A DNA stretch of 63,283 nt, counting the filler, from Dicyema japonicum (Eukaryota > Animalia > Dicyemida): assembly GCA_011109175.1 (NCBI GenBank). It is 7 parts of 7 records of this genome, joined end to end, with 100 filler letters (N's around TTAATTAATTAA, not from the genome) between each part and the next. Parts side by side here need not be neighbours in the genome. Positions count along the whole stretch, not along the records: positions 54,333 to 63,283 come from RDEW01000011.1; 6 more parts are not named here. One strand, 5' to 3'. The notes under the pieces were generated by a model, which had not been told where the DNA came from, made no database searches, and saw only the letters and a program-made list of their open reading frames with translations. Of this stretch, positions 60,533-63,283 are shown in pieces. A program made the translations under genes and the position numbers. Position 1 is the stretch's first letter; each line of letters opens with the position of its first letter.

Positions 60533-63283
60533 GGTTGTTGTTGTTGTTTCTGTTTTTATTATCCTTGTTTTCATTTCATTATTCTATCAATCCATTAACC
60601 TATCCTGTCGTTATCATTCTATTAATCGTTCCTTTTTCTTTCGCTTTATTGCATTATTCTTTACATGACAACTTGTTCCTCTTGTAAATCATCCAATTCC
60701 CGCAAGAAGGGCCGCTCGTGCTCTTCTTGCGATCTGTATTTTCACCTATCCTGCGTCGGGCTCTCCAAGGCCAGTTCGGCCATTATCCAATGCTGGAAGT
60801 GCCCGAGCTGCCTTGGTCTACCCAAACGCTTATCCCCAATTCCCGGGGGCCATTTTACCCCTTCTCAATTTCTCCAAACCTTATCAGCTTTCAGAAGCGT
60901 ATCATTTATCCCGGCCAGGATTCCAAAATCGGCCAGGCCCACTGTGGCCAAATCCCTCGCAGCCTTGATCGACCAGGCGCTGGCTTCCAACGCTCCTGGC
61001 CCCTGGTTCAAGCTGTTTTCTTTTTTCCCCGTTTGCCTCAATTCTTCACCCATTCGCTCGCCTGTTGCTAACCACGCTTCTTCCGCTCAGCGGATTAAAG
61101 ACCGCTGTACATCCTTTGTCCATTCAGAGTTCAACTCTGATTGGCTGTCTGTCTTTCTCACGCCCCCTTGTAAGGAGGGACCCTAAAAACTGCCAGGACC
61201 CGCAGAATCACGTTTTTCCCGGGCAGTTCGAAGCAAACTCCTCCAGGGCGATATCTCTGGAGCTGTGCGCGTAATTTCATCCAACTCCTCTGTGGCTCCT
61301 CGGTGTGATGCTGTCCTAAATCAACTCCGCAGCAAACACCCCCAAGCCCCCACCGACCTCCGTGCGACACCGACGTTAGATCCGGTTCTGTTCACCCCGA
61401 TCACTTCGTCTGAGGTCTCGGCCGCTCTGGGGTCATTTGCGCCTAGCAGCAGCGGCGGGATAGACGGCCTAAAGCCCATCCACCTCCGTGATCTCCTGTC
61501 CCCATTAACCCACGAACCCGGACGGGACCTGCTATCTTCCGTCACTCGTCTTTGTTCGCACATTGTTTCCGGCGAGATCCCAACCGTCGCCAGAGATCTT
61601 CTTTTCTCTGCTGGGCTCATTGCCCTGTCGAAGGCCGAGGGTGGCGTGAGGCCCATCGCGGTCGGTAACGTTTTCAGGAGACTCTCGTTCGCACATTGTT
61701 TCCGGCGAGATCCCAACCGTCGCCAGAGAGCTTCTTTTCTCTGCTGGGCTCATTGCCCTGTCGAAGGCCGAGGGTGGCGTGAGGCCCATCGCGGTCGGTA
61801 ACGTCTTCAGGAGACTTTCGGCCAAAATAATGTCCCGCAGGGTGGTTCCCTCTCTGAGTCTGGAGTTCCTCCCTTTCCAGTACGGTGTCGGCGTCAAAGG
61901 AGCCTGCGAAATTCTCGCACACGGCACTCGCCAACTTTTCCACTCAAAGCCCGAAGACTGCAAGTTCATCGTTAAGCTAGACGTTAGCAACGCTTTTAAC
62001 TGCGTTCGACGGGACCATCTGCTTGAAGTGGTCTCGGTACGTTGCCCCGAGCTCTTCCAAATCGTAAAGCTGGCATACTCTTCCCCAAGCTGCCTTCTGT
62101 TCCATGATCAGATTATCATGTCTGAATGCGGCATTCAGCAGGGTGACCCACTGGGCCCATTGCTGTTTGCCCTCTCTGTTGACCATATTGCACGGAACCT
62201 TTCTTCCACCGTTAACTTCTGGTACCTGGACGACGTGACGATTGGTGGACCCACAGAGGTCGTTATGGAAGACGTTAAGAGAATCACTTCCGGTTTCTCC
62301 AAGATCGGACTATCTCTTAACGGCGGAAAATGCGAACTCGTAAACATTTCTCTTGCCCCCGCCGCTCTCCGCAACACATTCTCCTCTCTTAGCAGCCTGA
62401 TCGTTGGGTTAAGGCTAACGCCCACCAGCGATCTAGTTATCTTGGGCTCTCCAATTTCCGCTGATGGCATAGAAAAAGCCTTATCGTCTAAATGGGACGA
62501 AATTAAACTACTCACTGATCGGATCCGTGGGCTTGGCTCGCATCTTGCGTTTTTCTTATTGAAGAACTTCCTTTTCGTCCCCAGACTGACCTACATTCTC
62601 CGTTCCTCCCCGTGTTTCGCTGCCACAGACTCATTATCCAAAATTGACAATCTTGTCCGCCAATCGTTAACATTCCACCTCAATTTGAGGATCACCGGTG
62701 ACGGTTTTACCCGTGCCAGTTTACCAACACGTTTCGGGGGGATCGGGATCCGCTCTTGTGCGGACCTGGCCCTACCCTGCTATCTCTCCTCCATGTCGGC
62801 TTCCAGGAATTCCGTTTGCTCAGTTCTACTTCCCTCTCTCGAACTTAACGAGCTCTCGGAATACTCCTCTGCCTGCCGTACGTGGTGCTCACTTGGCCTT
62901 GATTTTCCCGCGATTCCTTCAGTCCAAAGGGGCTGGGACGAAATTCTCTGCTTAAACACATTACGAAAACTTCGCTCCAAGTCGGACCAACTTCAGCTGG
63001 CCTCCCTAAACTGCGCTTGTCAGCCGCACACGGGTGACTGGCTCAAAGCTCTCCCTATCCCTAGTACGGGGTTACTACTGGACGACGAATCCTTACGGAT
63101 TGGGATAAGCTTACGATTGGGTTTGGACATCTGCCAGCCCCACCCTTGTCGGTGCGGGTTTTCAATTTCGTCAAACGGCTTGCACGCCTTGTCGTGTAAG
63201 AAGAGTGCCGGGAGAATTCCCCGTCACACTCATCTGAATGACGTTGTGAGGAGGGCTCTAGAGTCGGCTGGTTTCCCTTCCAC
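60533..63283 (+). mobile_element. CRE-like retrotransposon, third (GC-rich) subfamily: 5' UTR, PHD, RT, start of CCHC/RLE; runs off the window end
   Basis: PHD CSSC..CSSCDLYFHLSC..WKCPSC (60665-61186); GGVRPIAVG, GIQQGDPLGPLLF, WYLDD and CRCG..HALSC; about 130-bp internal duplication (61557-61816). Confidence 0.92.

Noticed and set aside
1-63283. tRNA, rRNA, snRNA, telomeric repeats, hammerhead/HDV ribozymes
   Set aside because: No convincing cores recognised by eye; isolated CTGATGA words lack the flanking stems. A covariance-model search is needed to exclude them.

Overview
Eukaryotic nuclear DNA from a draft assembly, not prokaryotic. Six artificial 100-nt spacers (44N-TTAATTAATTAA-44N) and seven single-N joins split the window, so long-range adjacency is unproven. 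Host genes: a compact, relatively GC-rich cluster at 0-10.3 kb (IPMK, SUZ12, a divergent PX+RhoGAP-like gene, PGM2, PFDN5), plus partial MINPP1, a GT31 beta-1,3-galactosyltransferase, an EHD-family protein and an IQ-motif protein. Most are split by very short introns (mostly 22-28 nt) with degenerate donors, including one GC-AG intron. The protein motifs look animal-like, suggesting a miniature-intron animal such as a reduced parasite (inference). Several genes need single-base insertions at homopolymers to stay in frame, most likely a sequencing artefact. The rest is a dense transposon landscape: hAT elements with TIRs and TSDs, Helitrons, Tc1/pogo, degenerate LINEs, an R4-like RLE retroelement, and about ten copies of CRE-like non-LTR retrotransposons. 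Three diverged, long CRE-like copies carry an N-terminal PHD finger upstream of the RT, with an RLE endonuclease where the 3' end is in view. This is the best candidate for an under-described system. All protein identifications are by motif recognition from memory; no searches were run.
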